A DNA stretch of 64,000 nt from Balanoglossus misakiensis. Taxonomy: Eukaryota; Animalia; Hemichordata. This document shows, one piece after another, positions 13,501-26,200 of the stretch. Under the pieces are notes generated by a model, which was not told the DNA's origin, made no database searches, and worked only from the letters and a program-made list of their open reading frames with translations. Made by a program: the position numbers and the translations under genes. Position 1 is the first letter of the stretch, and each line of letters starts with the position of its first letter. The stretch is taken from the NCBI GenBank assembly GCA_040954595.2, contig CM082576.2, positions 12,589,129-12,653,128 on the forward strand, given 5' to 3'.

Positions 13501-16500
13501 GGTAAAATTTGTTCAATGCACCAAAACATTTGTGATTTTCACTTCAAATATCTGTGAACTGTGAATTTGTACACTTAGTTAATCATTCCATAATCCAGGA
13601 TTTTCTGGGAGTTTTTACAGGAATTTTGTAGCCTTTTTTTCAGGCCAAAAATACTATTTTCTCAGGATTTATTTTGCACTATAAAGTTTGTGAACGCTTT
13701 TTTTTACATGTGGGTGTGATTTCTAACTACAGTACAGCGCACATAGGTTCATACTTACTACTTGTTTGATAAATGGTATATATTGATTCAGTATGAATGG
13801 CAATCCATAATTCACTGCTATGTCTGCGAGACATTGTAGAACTGGAAGCGTGGCAGCATCGCCCACCACAGCAACACTGTCCAACATATCATTATCCTCA
13901 AGTTTATCTACATTTGAATAAAAGGGGAGGATGAGGTCAGAGGTCAAAAATGAGAAGAACATTACTCTATATGTCAATGAAAATTCATTTTTCTCAAGTC
14001 TGGCATCTTGTAATATTGATGTACGAGTGTGTGATGATATAAAATTAAAAAGAACATTCTTTGATAAATTTGGGTGCACAGCCAGTGCATGTATTCTGTA
14101 TTTGCTGGCCGAACCAAAGATTCTTGATGAAAGCTGTTGTGTAATATGAATAGAGAAAAGTTGGAAATCAAACAACCAGTAGTACCATCGCATCGATAAA
14201 GAAAAAGTAATTCAATATAAAGCTGTTTTAAACATAACACTGGCATGTACATGTCCACACATTAATTGAAAGCAGTGGCTAGCAGGTTGCATCATCTAAT
14301 CTTACCTGGACACAACATGAGTTGTCCCGCTTCCATGTAGCACAGTGTCAGCGCCCTCAACAGTTGCTTAGAAAGATACTTGGCCGTGAGCACCGGTCCC
14401 AGTCGTTGGGACAACCAAAAGATGGAATCCAGGGCGACCTCGGCAAGACCCATCCCTGGTACAAGCTTAGAGCTGTGCTTCTCCATGGCCAAGAAATTTT
14501 TCACGGCATCGGTGGCGTTTGAGGACACAGCGTCTTCTTCCTTGTTCTCTGAAATGTCTGTCTTGTGACTCGTTTCCTCTTTTTTGGTTCCCAGTCCCAG
14601 TCCATCCCTCCCTTCATTGTCATTGTCATCTTCGCCATCACTGTCTCCAGTGTAGCCATCATGCTCCACCTGAAAAAAATCCTGTCCAGTGCTGTCGGTG
14701 CTCGTCTTGTCCAGACTCGTCTCGTCGTGTTCACTCGGTCTCTGCGGCATTTCGTCGCTCCTCCAAACGTCGTCTTCCTCCTCTGGCTGCATGAAGATGG
14801 AGATTCCCTCGGCGCTGCTGGTGTCCTCCTCTTTGGTCAGACTCGTCTTGCCCGCGCTGCTGCTGTCCTCGTCGTCCTTCGTGAAACTGTGCTCCAAACT
14901 GCTGCTGTCGCTCTGTTTGATCTCCTCGCTCTCCTCGTCCCGGCTGTCCGTCTCTCTCTCGTCGCTGTCGATCGCACCCGCGCCATCCTCTCCCTCCTCC
15001 TCCTCAACCTTCTCTTCCTCCTCAACTTTTTCCTCTTCATCGGCCAGCGACTTCAACGCGTCCTCACCGATGGATATGCACCGGGTGAGCTGTCCCATCC
15101 CGGCGCCGTTCTCCTTTCCCTCGAACGTGGGACACGCCTTCCTTCCGGCGGCCGCCTCCACCAGGAAGTCCAGGATGCTGTTGAGGAACTCCCTCAGCCC
15201 GATCCTCATCAGTATCTGCGACAGGAAACTCCTGTGGTAGAGCAGCAGACAGACCGGCGTGTTGTACTGGTCGGCGTCGAACAGGTTCTTCAACGCGGGC
15301 AAAATATGCTGGATTGTGACCGCGGGACCCAGTCGCTGGGAGACCTTGCCGAAAAGGTACAGGGAGGCAAACGGCGCGGTGTCCACGTCCCCGAACAGCT
15401 TGACGACGTAGGGCAACAGCAGCGACCGGCCCTCCTCGTCCATTCTCTTCAGCAGCCGCGGCATGTACTGGATGGCCAGCTGCATCTTGGCCATGCTCCT
15501 CTCCTCCTTGGTCGTCCCCGACAACGGCTGCAGCAAGAGGCTGCACACGTACTCGTACAGCATGGGGAAATACTTGGGGAACGGAAACACCGAGGAGTTG
15601 GGGTTCAGGAGCTGGGACGAAGACGGCGGTGGCAGATTTTCCTCGCTGGAAATCATCTGGTGGGAAAACGTATCAGCCGCAGGACTGTCAAGCTGCAGGA
15701 TGTCAGCAAGGCCATACTGTATCGGTCTGTAAATAATCATAGTATTCAATTTAGTGAAACACAAATTTCCATTTTTTTCAGTAATAACAAACTGTTCAGT
15801 TTGCATTGGTCCTACATACTTATCATCCAAAAAAATATCAATGAAGTTTTACCTTTTCATTGATTTTGAAAATTCTCATTAACAAGTGTTTTCACACATA
15901 CCTTGGCAAGAGATGGCGATGTCTCTGACACATCTTGTGTACAACCTGGTACCTCTCCCCTAGCGTGGCGTGTGGGTTCTGCATCCGGAGTTTATCAGCC
16001 AAGAGCATTTCGGCGACCAGGCAACCAAAGATGTAAATGTCCTTGGATATAAGATGTCTAGATGAGTCCTCAAAAGGCTCCTGAAAGATCATAACAAATA
16101 TAGATGACAGTTTGAGAAACATGGCACTTTCTGGTTAGACAAACAGAATACATAGAAACAGGCACACATACATACACACACACACCTGTTTCTCTGGTTG
16201 GCTTGGCAGCTGCTTGAGACTGGAAGAACAGAATTCGTATAATAATTCTAGTTGATGAAGTTGCTGCAATGGATCATATTTCTCGGGCAGTATAATGTTC
16301 TGGAGCTGTGGTGGAATGACTGCAGGCTGGGTGTCAAGGGTCGTATCACTCCTAGGTTTTCTGTTGAGGAAATTTAAAGTATCCGTTGTTAACGCCATTT
16401 TAACACACTCTAATGGTACTAGCCATGCAATTGTAATTTATCCTGTTGACCGATGATGGATAAAAGCATGGTTTTCAACAATCATACAGAGATGCAGACC

Positions 16501-19500
16501 TGAATGGAATAACCTTTCATATTGTAATTTTCTTCAAGTACATGTACATGTATAGGCAACATTTTCAAAGTCATATAATTTCAACGGGGAACAGATTACG
16601 TTACCAATCACACCAGCAAAAACAACTAAAGGCAATTTGGCAGCATAGTTCAATTAGCTCATTATTAATTTAATTAAAAATGTTCTGGTTTCAGAATCCA
16701 AAAAAGTGATGTTAAGTTTCTCACATGAAGAACGGTACTAGTCTCTTGGTCGTCTTCTTCTGAGCTGTCACCTCAGTGTCTGGTGGCACCACACTTGTAC
16801 TCCCATTAGTTGCTATACCATCATGCTTCATTGCAGTGTTTCCATCTGTTTCTTCTTCCGTCTGTAGGAAGTACATTTTGTATCAAAAAAGTCCATATGA
16901 ACTTTGAGACTGTAGTGCCACATTGACTTCTAGAGAAATATCTAGTGGACACACACAAATTAGTGACACACACATCTGGACGCAATGTCAAATTCTTTGC
17001 TTATGAAACTTGCAAAGTCACTTCCACAATATTAATGTGATCATGATAACACAGCTGCAAGGAGATGCTCTGTATTTCACAGACATTTCTGTTCAGAGAT
17101 AAGGGGAGTCTGTTGTTAAATCATCCTCATTATCATGAGCTGCTCTCATGAACAAAATTTAGACTTCTAGCTACATGTATTTGTTATCAATTGTAATATG
17201 ACAGTAAGATGTAAGAAGTGTAAGATAAACCCAGACCAAGGAGTGAGGTTGTGGTACCTGTGCTTGTATATTATCGATGTCATCTTGCCATTTCGGTAAT
17301 CCTGTATCAATTTCCTCGTTCTCATCTGTGTCTTGTAAATCTTCTGTTGGCATCGCACCACTTGACTGTTGATGGAAAGAAGAAAAGATACTTGATACAT
17401 TTGAAAGAATGTGAAGGAATGAAATGCAATGAGTTCACGTAAAAATGAACAAATTTAAAACATTGAAATTTTATTTGACAGTGCTCGGCGGCCAAAGAGA
17501 ACACATGCACATATACTTCACTGATCAGAGAAGTACTATAGCAAAACCTGTCACAAATAAGAAAAGATCTTGTAATTTTCACACATGCTTGTTTTTACGC
17601 ATGTTTTGTTCCTGCACTGTATGACGTGTCATCTTACATGCATCACAAAGGCAAAAAATCAATGAAGAGCATGTCCTTAGTATAGTGCCATCTTGCACTT
17701 TGACTTATCAAACTATAATGCTTCCCACATTTTAACCCTTTCACCCCCAGTTCCCTCTTTAGAGGTCCAACCTGACCACAGAAAACAACAGGTTTGGTCT
17801 GAACCATGGTGGTGAAATGGTTAACCTTACCTCACACTTCTGACCTTGACCAACCGGAGCGGTCACAGTCGCAGCGGCCGTCAATCTCTGTCCCTTGATC
17901 TGGGATACCTCTGGTGGTTCTCTTGCAGTGAATTGTGACGGACAGATCTTCACTGGGTGGGGTTTGTTGAACAGCTGCACGACACCGTGAGTTGTTGGTC
18001 TGGTGTGTTGGTCGACCAGTTGCAGACAGACGTTTTTCGCTTTTACAGCTGCAATGCCACTCAGCTGAGTTGAAAGGAAAATTGTGTTTCATTATAAGAG
18101 TGAACTTTTGTGTATGTGACCAAATCACAGATATATCATCCAATTTTTTTTAATGATACCAAAGTAATAAATCAAGAATACACACACACATACACGCATA
18201 CATACATACCATATACATATACATGCACCATCACAAACAATCACATCATGCGATATGAAAAAAGTACATCATAAATCACAAAATATCATTACTTGATAAT
18301 GATGTTCCTGTGAAAAAAATATGAGGGGTAATAATCTCAGAAGCATTAAAATGAATAACAAGCATGTGTTGATGTTATTGATCACTTGATGTGTGACCTT
18401 ACCTTGTAGCCAAAGGTCAGGTCAATCCAATGATGTAACTGACTGGACACCTGTTCGCTCTCCAGGACACTCAAGTGATGAGCCAGGAAATCCTGCACCG
18501 AGTCACACCACGGGGGCACCTCCAGGTCCGGCAGATCCCGGTGCAGGGACTGGAACACGGCCGCATCCGTGAAGAACTCCGGGATGCACTCCTCCGGCGT
18601 CCACTCCTGCATCCTCTGAATGCTGGACGGGTACTCGTTGGGCACCCAGGCCGATCGCACGTGGGCGCACAGCACCTCCTTGGGAGTCTGCCGGGCAAAG
18701 TACACGTGGTACGTGATGTCCGACAGCAGGTCGGTGAAGTGGTGCGGTATGGTGCCTGTGTAGCTGTCCTTGGCCGCCTCGTACGTGATGTCCAGCTGGT
18801 CTTCCCCCTTGTTCAGCCGGCACTTGCTCTTGGTCAGATCCCTGTAGTTGGCGGTCTGCGACGCGAAGTCCGTCACCCACGGCAGTATAGGGTGGTGGTT
18901 GGGATTGCCTTTGGTCCTACCCGCCAGGTCGTTCAAATACATCAGGTAGTCGTAGTTACTGATTCGGCCCTGTACCCATCGCTGGACCACATCAGGAAGA
19001 TCTTTCAAATCCCCCTTAAATCTCCTCTCTTCTTCGTCTCCTTCTTCCTCCTCCTCCTGGACCTCTTGACCTTCGACCTGAGACCACTTTGGACCACTGA
19101 GCTGCAGCCACAGCTTCCCGTCCATGTGGAAGTCTCGGAGCGTCACCTCTCCCAGCGCCACTCCCTGCTTGTGGCAATGCAGCATTGCCTGCAGGATCTG
19201 ATAAACCAGGAACAGGGGTTTGGCGTGGGATTTGGCCAGCATGGCCGAACTGAACGTCACGGCGCTGTGCAGGTTGTGCTCTTGATACGGATGCAAAATG
19301 TAGAAAGTGGTTTTGGACTCGACAGCAAACAGCACGGGAAGAAAGTTAGCGTGGTTTGAGATGGATGGCAGCTTCCTCACAGGAGGTTCCAACGTCACTT
19401 TGCCAGTTCTTGGCACCTCGTCAACCAGTTGGATTACTTTACAACCATAAAGCTTCTCAATGACAAGTTTGAGATTGGCACGGCAGTTCTATCGACAACA

Positions 19501-21177
19501 ACAGAATAAGAAAAGAAAATCAGACATATTTCAGAATGCAAAAAAATGAATTATCACACAATCTGATTTGGTTTGCAGAGGTCATTAACATTTGCAGTGG
19601 CCATCATTTACTTTCAGCATAATGCTCTCTTTTAGTACATCCCCTGAATCAGACTGTTTACCATACAAAGGATTGGGCCCAGTGTTCTTCAGCTGCACCT
19701 TAGTGATGGATCAGTAAAAAAAATTCTGTTTTTTGACAAGTTTCAGCTTAGACAGGCCTAGACTCTCTCACAGCCCCTCTCGTCGTCCATACAGGCTTAT
19801 TGGACTGATTGCATGTGTGTCGCTACACAACACCATATGGGGCTTCTCCTTTGCTAAACAGTTGAGGGCACATCAGTGAAGAACCTTGTAGTGAACCGTG
19901 GGCTGTGAGAGAGTCTAAGACAGGCCTTGCTTTCCATGTCTTCAAATGTGTATTGGTGCTGCTTTCAATACAGTTAGGGGTTTCTAAAAGAGAGAACATA
20001 CTTTCTGTGGTTCCTGCTGTCCATAATTCCCCTGCAGTGACTGGTGTTTCTTCTGAGTGGCTTCCCAAATACTTTGGTAGTTCTGATGTGCTATACCAGA
20101 CATCGTCGTCGGGAAGTCTTCCTGGTCCACCGCTTTAGATCGTAGTCTCTCACTGCTTGTCTCATCAATGCTGAAAGTTGAAAATAAATGACATAAAGTT
20201 GGACATGGCACAGATTATTTACCCTAAAGCAAGATGTTACTATGGTTTGGTACTGTGACAAACAATGCCAGCCAAAATTAGGCTATGAGACATTGCAGTG
20301 TAAAAATGAGATACTAGTTTTAAACGGGAAAAGTCACTCAAGTGTCTAACAAAATGAAAACCTAGAACTTTGTGGCCTTGTTGCACTTACCCATGCTTCT
20401 CCCAGAGCTGTTTTGGAACGACCTGAATGACGATGTGTCTCCATGGATACTCAGCCTTACCAATGGGTGGCAGATATGCTATTGTGTCTCCTGGTGATGT
20501 AAATGCTTGGATCTGACTCCTGGCACCAGTTGCTTTCAAGTGCTGCAGCCAGCTCTCTTCAACCTAATCAAGTAAACACACGATTATATCTACAATCTTT
20601 TCACACTGTTCTTTGGCAACAATTCATGAAATGATCTGTCTTGTCATTTTTTTTGTAAACAGCATGTGATGTACTACAATGTAAGTTCCAATTATATGAT
20701 CGAACTTGACCCTTAAAATGTTTCAAGTCAGTTTTCTTGGGTTCAGCAAGTGATCATGAACATGATAGTCTACAAAATTATCAAATACATGTACAACAAC
20801 CCACAGCTTTTATCTCTTGAGTCCCATGTATGTCTTTATTTGGTTTAATTTAAAAATTGGTCTGCAAAGTCGAGTGAACATGACATTGCCCCGCCCCCAT
20901 TGGTTTTGCCTATGTTATTGTAATGGATCTGAAACGGACACACAGCTCACGAACACATTTTCTCTCCCGTGACACGTCTGTTTAAATCTTACTGTCCACG
21001 GAACGCGGAAGTAGTCGACTGACCATGGTCAGTGCATGCACCATGTAAGGTTATGTTCCCAACACTCACCAATGCAACCACTGACGTACATCCGCCACTT
21101 CCGTCGATCGTCATTGATTGTAAACATTTAGCTTCGAGACCCAGGTCCTGTGATATTTCGGAAATATATCCCTCCAT
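4584..21177 (-). CDS. WDR81: WD repeat-containing protein 81 (BEACH + WD40), complete, ~1975 aa
   Basis: 25 phase-consistent GT-AG exons: 21177-21070, 20563-20391, 20170-20002, 19488-18403, 18064-17831, 17365-17258, 16861-16725, 16360-16186, 16080-15902, 15726-14306, 13907-13759, 13374-13255, 13037-12773, 12268-12095, 11864-11744, 11540-11386, 8797-8647, 8078-8011, 7738-7679, 7320-7097, 6907-6718, 6376-6237, 5609-5516, 5093-4993, 4709-4584 (TGA). Contains the BEACH domain ([21 protein letters not shown]...[11 protein letters not shown]...WIDLTFGYK), an acidic linker, the GNWLIYWE motif and C-terminal WD40 repeats (GHGNTVKSL...[11 protein letters not shown]). Confidence 0.95.
8839..8932 (+). 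mobile_element. piggyBac-type MITE, copy A (degenerate)
   Basis: ttcaccctttcaacaccatggtttg...ggacctctatagagggaactgggtggtgaaaagattaa aligns end to end with the copies at 17732-17824 and 59521-59613. Confidence 0.75.
9281..9316. repeat. 18-bp direct tandem duplication
   Basis: ctgttactctcacagtca x2. Confidence 0.8.
10366..10415. repeat. Degenerate pentanucleotide repeat (GACCA/GATCA)n
   Basis: gatca gacca gatca gacca gacca ggcca cacca gatca gatca. Confidence 0.75.
14306..15726 (-). CDS. WDR81: WDR81 exon 10: helical region plus acidic low-complexity linker
   Basis: 1421-nt exon within ORF 14292..15830; [21 protein letters not shown] and [27 protein letters not shown] resemble conserved WDR81 blocks. 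Confidence 0.93.
17732..17824 (-). mobile_element. piggyBac-type MITE, copy B
   Basis: 93 bp flanked by TTAA at both ends, termini TTAACCCTTTCACC...GGTGAAATGGTTAA; its reverse complement closely matches 59521-59613. Confidence 0.85.
18403..19488 (-). CDS. WDR81: WDR81 exon 4: kinase-like segment plus BEACH domain
   Basis: 1086-nt exon matching ORF 18382..19416, with BEACH motifs [21 protein letters not shown] and [10 protein letters not shown]. Confidence 0.95.
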
Positions 21178-21328
21178 TTCAGAACTCCTGGTTTGTGATG
21201 AGCTATAGATGGGTCGAAAGTGTCATAACGATGATGTAAGAAGTAGGAGATCCGTTCCTGGTGTGTCGATCTCAAATAACAATACAAAAACTTTAGAGTG
21301 CCATCGCAGGTCAGAAGCTAATGGTCGA

Positions 21329-21338
21329 CGCCATTTTG
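21329..21338 (-). promoter_or_regulatory. YY1-type motif (CAAAATGGCG) near the WDR81 5' end
   Basis: cgccattttg on +, about 150 bp upstream of the WDR81 ATG, a typical position in housekeeping promoters. Confidence 0.5.
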
Positions 21339-21540
21339 ATTCATTGATTTAGGTGTTTACCTCGTATTACGACAATTTTTGTATTTTATTCTTTACAAAC
21401 AAAATAAATTATTTTACACACCTTTTTGCTTAATTTGTTTTATTCAATTCTTTAGTATGTCGGTTGTTTGCTTGTTAGCTGTACAAATGCAGAAATTAGG
21501 AGAAAGATATACTTGTCGCAAAAACTGTTTTGCGGTAAGT

Positions 21541-21618
21541 TAGCGCCCTCTATAGTACGCGTTTTCTCTGTATTTTGTTTTTATTTGAAAAGTTAACTTT
21601 ATCCTCCAGAGGGAGTTT
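21541..21618. promoter_or_regulatory. Pair of divergent CTCF-like motifs
   Basis: Minus strand ACTATAGAGGGCGCTA (21541-21556) and plus strand CCTCCAGAGGGAGT (21603-21616), versus consensus CCASYAGRKGGCRS. Confidence 0.4.
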
Positions 21619-23093
21619 TTGGACGGTGGCACACAAAATGTGAAGAAAACATGCACAGAGAACAATGTTTTCATTTTATATAGACAATTTTGACAAAATA
21701 ATCTCGCTTTCCGGTGAAAAATGGAAATGTTTAACGTACAATATAGTAGTTGGCGAATTTGCCTTCTATTGTATGCAAATTTATAAACCTGGATTACGAT
21801 ACGCGACTATTAGTGCCTACCAGCTGTCACGAATACTTCGTACAAATACAAAATAATCGGTCAAAGTTTAAATACTCTGAATATTTTTTTCTCATTCATT
21901 TGTAAAAAAAAAACTGAATGGATAAAGAGTGAATGATAGAAACTTAGAAACGCATGTCGAACAACTGTACCCGACCAATTTAATTTAATGCAATCAAATT
22001 TATAATAAATGATTGAAATATCGCCTCCAAAGAGTATAACCTGATTCCCCCTTTTTTCTTGTCTGTGTTTTATGCAGCAGACCTGAATGGTGTTTGTCTT
22101 GTCATCTCATTAAAATGGTTATAAAGTCTCGCGTGACGCTAAATATGTGTACAATTTCATGTTATATTCATTGAAAGATCGTTTAATATCTATGTACTGA
22201 TAAACCTTTGCGGTGCGAAAAACTGACACGTATATAGCCTGTAGTCCATTTTGATGAGCACAGTCATGACGCTATCTTCTCCACTCGCCACCGTCTGCCT
22301 CCACAGACATCCCAGACTTGGGAGGGGTTTAACAAATTTAAAGCTGTCAACATGTCGGAACAATTTCCTGACCTGGTCAATGACTCCGCAAGAGAACAAA
22401 CTCGGCCTCGCTCGGGGCACTACCCAGAATACTTGCTCGGGATCTATGTGTCGACAAAACTGGGGGTGTATTAAACAAACAAAACAAAACACCTTGCAGT
22501 TTAATCTTCACAGTGTAAGTCTGAATCTATCACCATGGCAACACAGCTGTAAGTTGTCATGGAAGTGGTTGATGTGAAGGAGTTATTCATAACTTGTTTT
22601 ATGAATATGTTGATTCTTATATTTGCGCTTATTACGGTATAAATGTGCGCGCGTACACGTGTGTGTACCAACCAAGACAAGGTTAACCAAGACGAAACAA
22701 GTACGAGTCAAAAATTCTATGAACAGACTCCCTAGCGAGACGCGATGTATTTCGGTAAAATGAAATACAATAGACTGCACGATCTGTTTGTTAGATGGCA
22801 TCATGATTGGTCACTTCATCCCATAGAATATTTTGAATGCATTTTGAAGTATTATTTTTAGAGATCATGAAGAGCAAAATCTGCGCGACAAGGAAAGGGA
22901 ACTTGTTCATTGCGTCCTAAGTGGTTCTGAGGGAGACCCCGGAAGTTGATGCGTCGGCCGAAGTTGAACTATTGCGTGGATACGTGGGTGTGCTGCTGTC
23001 TCTCTCTCTCTCGTCGAAGGCAGGGGCGGTCTGTATACCTCTTGGATTGACAGTCGAGACGGATGAACTCGCCATCCGGTAACAGGGACTTGG

Positions 23094-23100
23094 TATAAAA
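23094..23100 (+). promoter_or_regulatory. Candidate TATA box of the Jagged-like gene
   Basis: TATAAAA 120 bp upstream of ATG 23214, in a CpG-rich stretch. Confidence 0.35.
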
Positions 23101-23213
23101 TGAATTTCCAAAACCACGCGTGTCCATTCGGATATCAAAAGTCTCGGAGTAGACCGATCAAACCTTTGCAACCGTTAGACTACGCGATCACTTAGAAACC
23201 TAGGCTTAGTATA

Positions 23214-26200
23214 ATGGGACACACGTATGTAATACTGCTCATTCTTATATCTCCACTTATTATTACGGTAAGTTCCAACCCATAGCAATTTTGATACTTT
23301 TTGTTTTCCGCATATGTTTTAGGATGTTTGTTTATTCGGTGTTTGGAAAGCTGCAAACTTCAAGAAAATATTTGTTTAAAGATTAAAAATAAAATGTAGA
23401 TTTAGTTTAAGTATATTTGAAATACACATGTAGTTAAATGTAACCATGTCATTTTCCCCCACTTATCCAGTTAGTCTACAGTGATGGTATGTTAGAAATT
23501 CAACTGGTTTCCTTCACCAATCGCCAAGGACTCTTACTCAGCGGTGACAAGTGTGACAATGGAGGTACTGACGACCAGTGTGACACTTGGATGAGTTTCT
23601 GTGTGGCAACCTCGCCTCACAACCCACAGTTCCCTTGTACCTATGGCAACGAGAGCACAGGTGTTCTTGGTGGTGATAACATTGACTTTGCCAATGGACA
23701 GTCGTTGGGCAATGGTCTGACTAATCCAATTAAGTTTCCATTTTCTGGAGAGTGGCCTGTGAGTTTTTCCGCTTTTTTTCTTTTTCAAAGTTTGTTGAAA
23801 AGTTTGTGAGAAACAGTCACGATACTGCAGGAGGATCAACATTGCCATGTATTAGTTGTTAGTGTGTGCTTTTCCAGTATAAAAATCAATTGCACTCCAT
23901 CTCGTCCAGAAAAGAGAGAGCTCTCTAAGCACTGCATGGCATTGAAGGAAAATTGTATATTTTATAACTTTGCTCTTTTCATTTGCAGAGTCAGTTTGGT
24001 CTTTTCACTTCAGTTCTTGACAAGGATGATGATGGTGACAGTGAGAAAATTGATGATTACTTGACAACCGTCCAAATAGAACCAGGCACAAGTGAACAAA
24101 GTTCAACCTGGAAAAGTCTGATTATGACCGGAGAGGGACAGCATACAGCTATGGCATCTCAAGTCAAGGTATGTTGCATTTCATTATATTTACACAATAT
24201 CAGTTTACCTTCCAGAATAATACTTTGGAACCGATTCTGTTTTTGTTTTTTTCTCGAGGTCTAAATTAATTTTTGTCCAGAGAATATCATGGGAATAAAA
24301 CACAGTGTGAGAGAAGTCTGCCCTGAATTTCTATAAAAGGAATGAAGCAGTGGTGTAGAAATGAGCCAGTAGCTGGCAAAATCTACTGGCTTACACTTTC
24401 CCCCTTTTTTGTCAAAAGGGAAAAGTCCCAGTTGCACCTTCTGTGCCCATTTGCTTTACTCCAATTCTACCTCTGACTGTTGAATTTTTGCCATCTACTT
24501 CTGAGCTGAGCTACACCCCTGTGAAAGAGCTAAACATTTCTGAAAAAAGTTTTAAACAGTTGGTGATACGATCGGTTCGTCTGACCCATATGTTGATGTA
24601 GGCAGTTGCCAAAGAGGAAACTCAACAATGCATCAATTCATTAAGACGTATATAATTTAAGGTTGGCCACATCCTACTTCCCACTAAAGCAGGTCTTCAG
24701 AAATCTCAATGAGGGTTGAAGGGTTTGGGTTAAAAGGTCAAGGAGATAGTCTGGTGGACTGGCGTGAATCTCATAGCGACAGAATTGTGCCGTCTGGACT
24801 TTCTGTACACATAGAGGTTGGCCTGTCTGGGTGAAAGAGGGCCACGGATTGTGAGTAGAATGTACCAGCACAGCGTCAAGTCTGGAGTCTGGAAAGGTTC
24901 CTTAGATACACATGGGCAGTGCATTCCTATTACTCACTGCATAACCTGTATACAGTATTTACTGTTCAAGATAAACAAACGGAACTTGGAGTCTCGCCAC
25001 ACACAAAGACACACACAGATCAATACTAACATGTGACAAAAAGTCAACTTGGTTGTTGTAAATTAAATTGTAAAGTACATCGTCATTGAATTACTGTACA
25101 GTAAAAATAAGCCCAGTCCAGTGTTTATTGTGAAATGGAATGAACTTTCTCAAGCTGCTTTGCAAAACGTTCAAGACAGTGAAAACATAATAATGGCATG
25201 TGTATATCCATTCTGCTCTCTGACACAGGTATACTGCGCTGTCGACTGGTATGACAGACACTGTAACACCTACTGTCACGCCTTGCCCGAGGATAGGTAC
25301 ACGTGCGATTACCAGACGGGAAGTAAGATATGCAAATTAGGCTGGGTTGGACTTGACTGTGACCAGCGTGAGTATCGAGTGATGTTGATTGAAGTGTGTG
25401 TCAGAGAGGAACTGGTGACTCTTAGGTCTTCCCGAGGATGTCCTTTGGAATGTGATACTCGATCTCCTGATGAAAGTTTTATCAGTTGTATAATTATCCA
25501 ATTGGCGCAGTTGATGCTATCGCAAATGTATGCCAGTACATGTATAACATCCTGGGTGTGGAGTTCATTGTCCTCAAATGAACTTGTTAACCAATTGTTC
25601 CCATTGCTGTGTCTGTTTGAGATAACTCATTCACAAATTCAATGCAAACAGTGCACATTTATTTATTTTCATAAATCCTTAGTTGCCAACTCTATTTTTG
25701 TGATGGTAGGATCCCCCCCCCACCACTTTTTGATTCTTTTGTTTGTTGAAAATGAACTATTTCTATCTTCTCCATTTCAGCTGTGTGCACCACAGGATGC
25801 CACCCACTTCATGGTAGTTGTACTCAGCCCAGGGAATGCATGTAAGTTGAAATAGGTCAACCTTTTCCCACCCTTTTCCCCCCATTTTCTTACAAGTAGA
25901 AGCCAGGTCATTGATTGCAATGGGATGAAACCAAAATAGGGGGGGGGGGTCACAGACTGGCCAGGGTGAATTTAATTAATTAATCTGTATATTAAACTCT
26001 CTCTTCATAAGTAAAATTTAATGATTTTCTTTTTCAAAAAGTGATTATGATGCTGGATTTTGACTGCCAAAACTTCTTTGTGTCAGCATGTTGGCTTTCT
26101 ATCTAGGATCATCGCTTGAACCATTAAAGGTTTTATTGTTTTGGAAAATTCTCTCTGTTAATGTATAGAAGTTCATTTATACCATCCCACAGACAACAAG

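Noticed and set aside
14565-15863. 432-aa and 183-aa plus-strand ORFs
   Set aside because: Antisense shadows of GC-rich WDR81 exon 10; no recognisable domain.
18475-19359. 294-aa plus-strand ORF
   Set aside because: Antisense shadow of the BEACH exon.
23805-23812. CSL/Su(H)-like site GTGAGAAA in Jagged-like intron 2
   Set aside because: A single short motif, expected by chance; no paired site.
25121-25855. 244-aa ORF as a standalone gene
   Set aside because: Only 25229-25367 (DSL exon) is coding in this frame; the rest is intron read-through.
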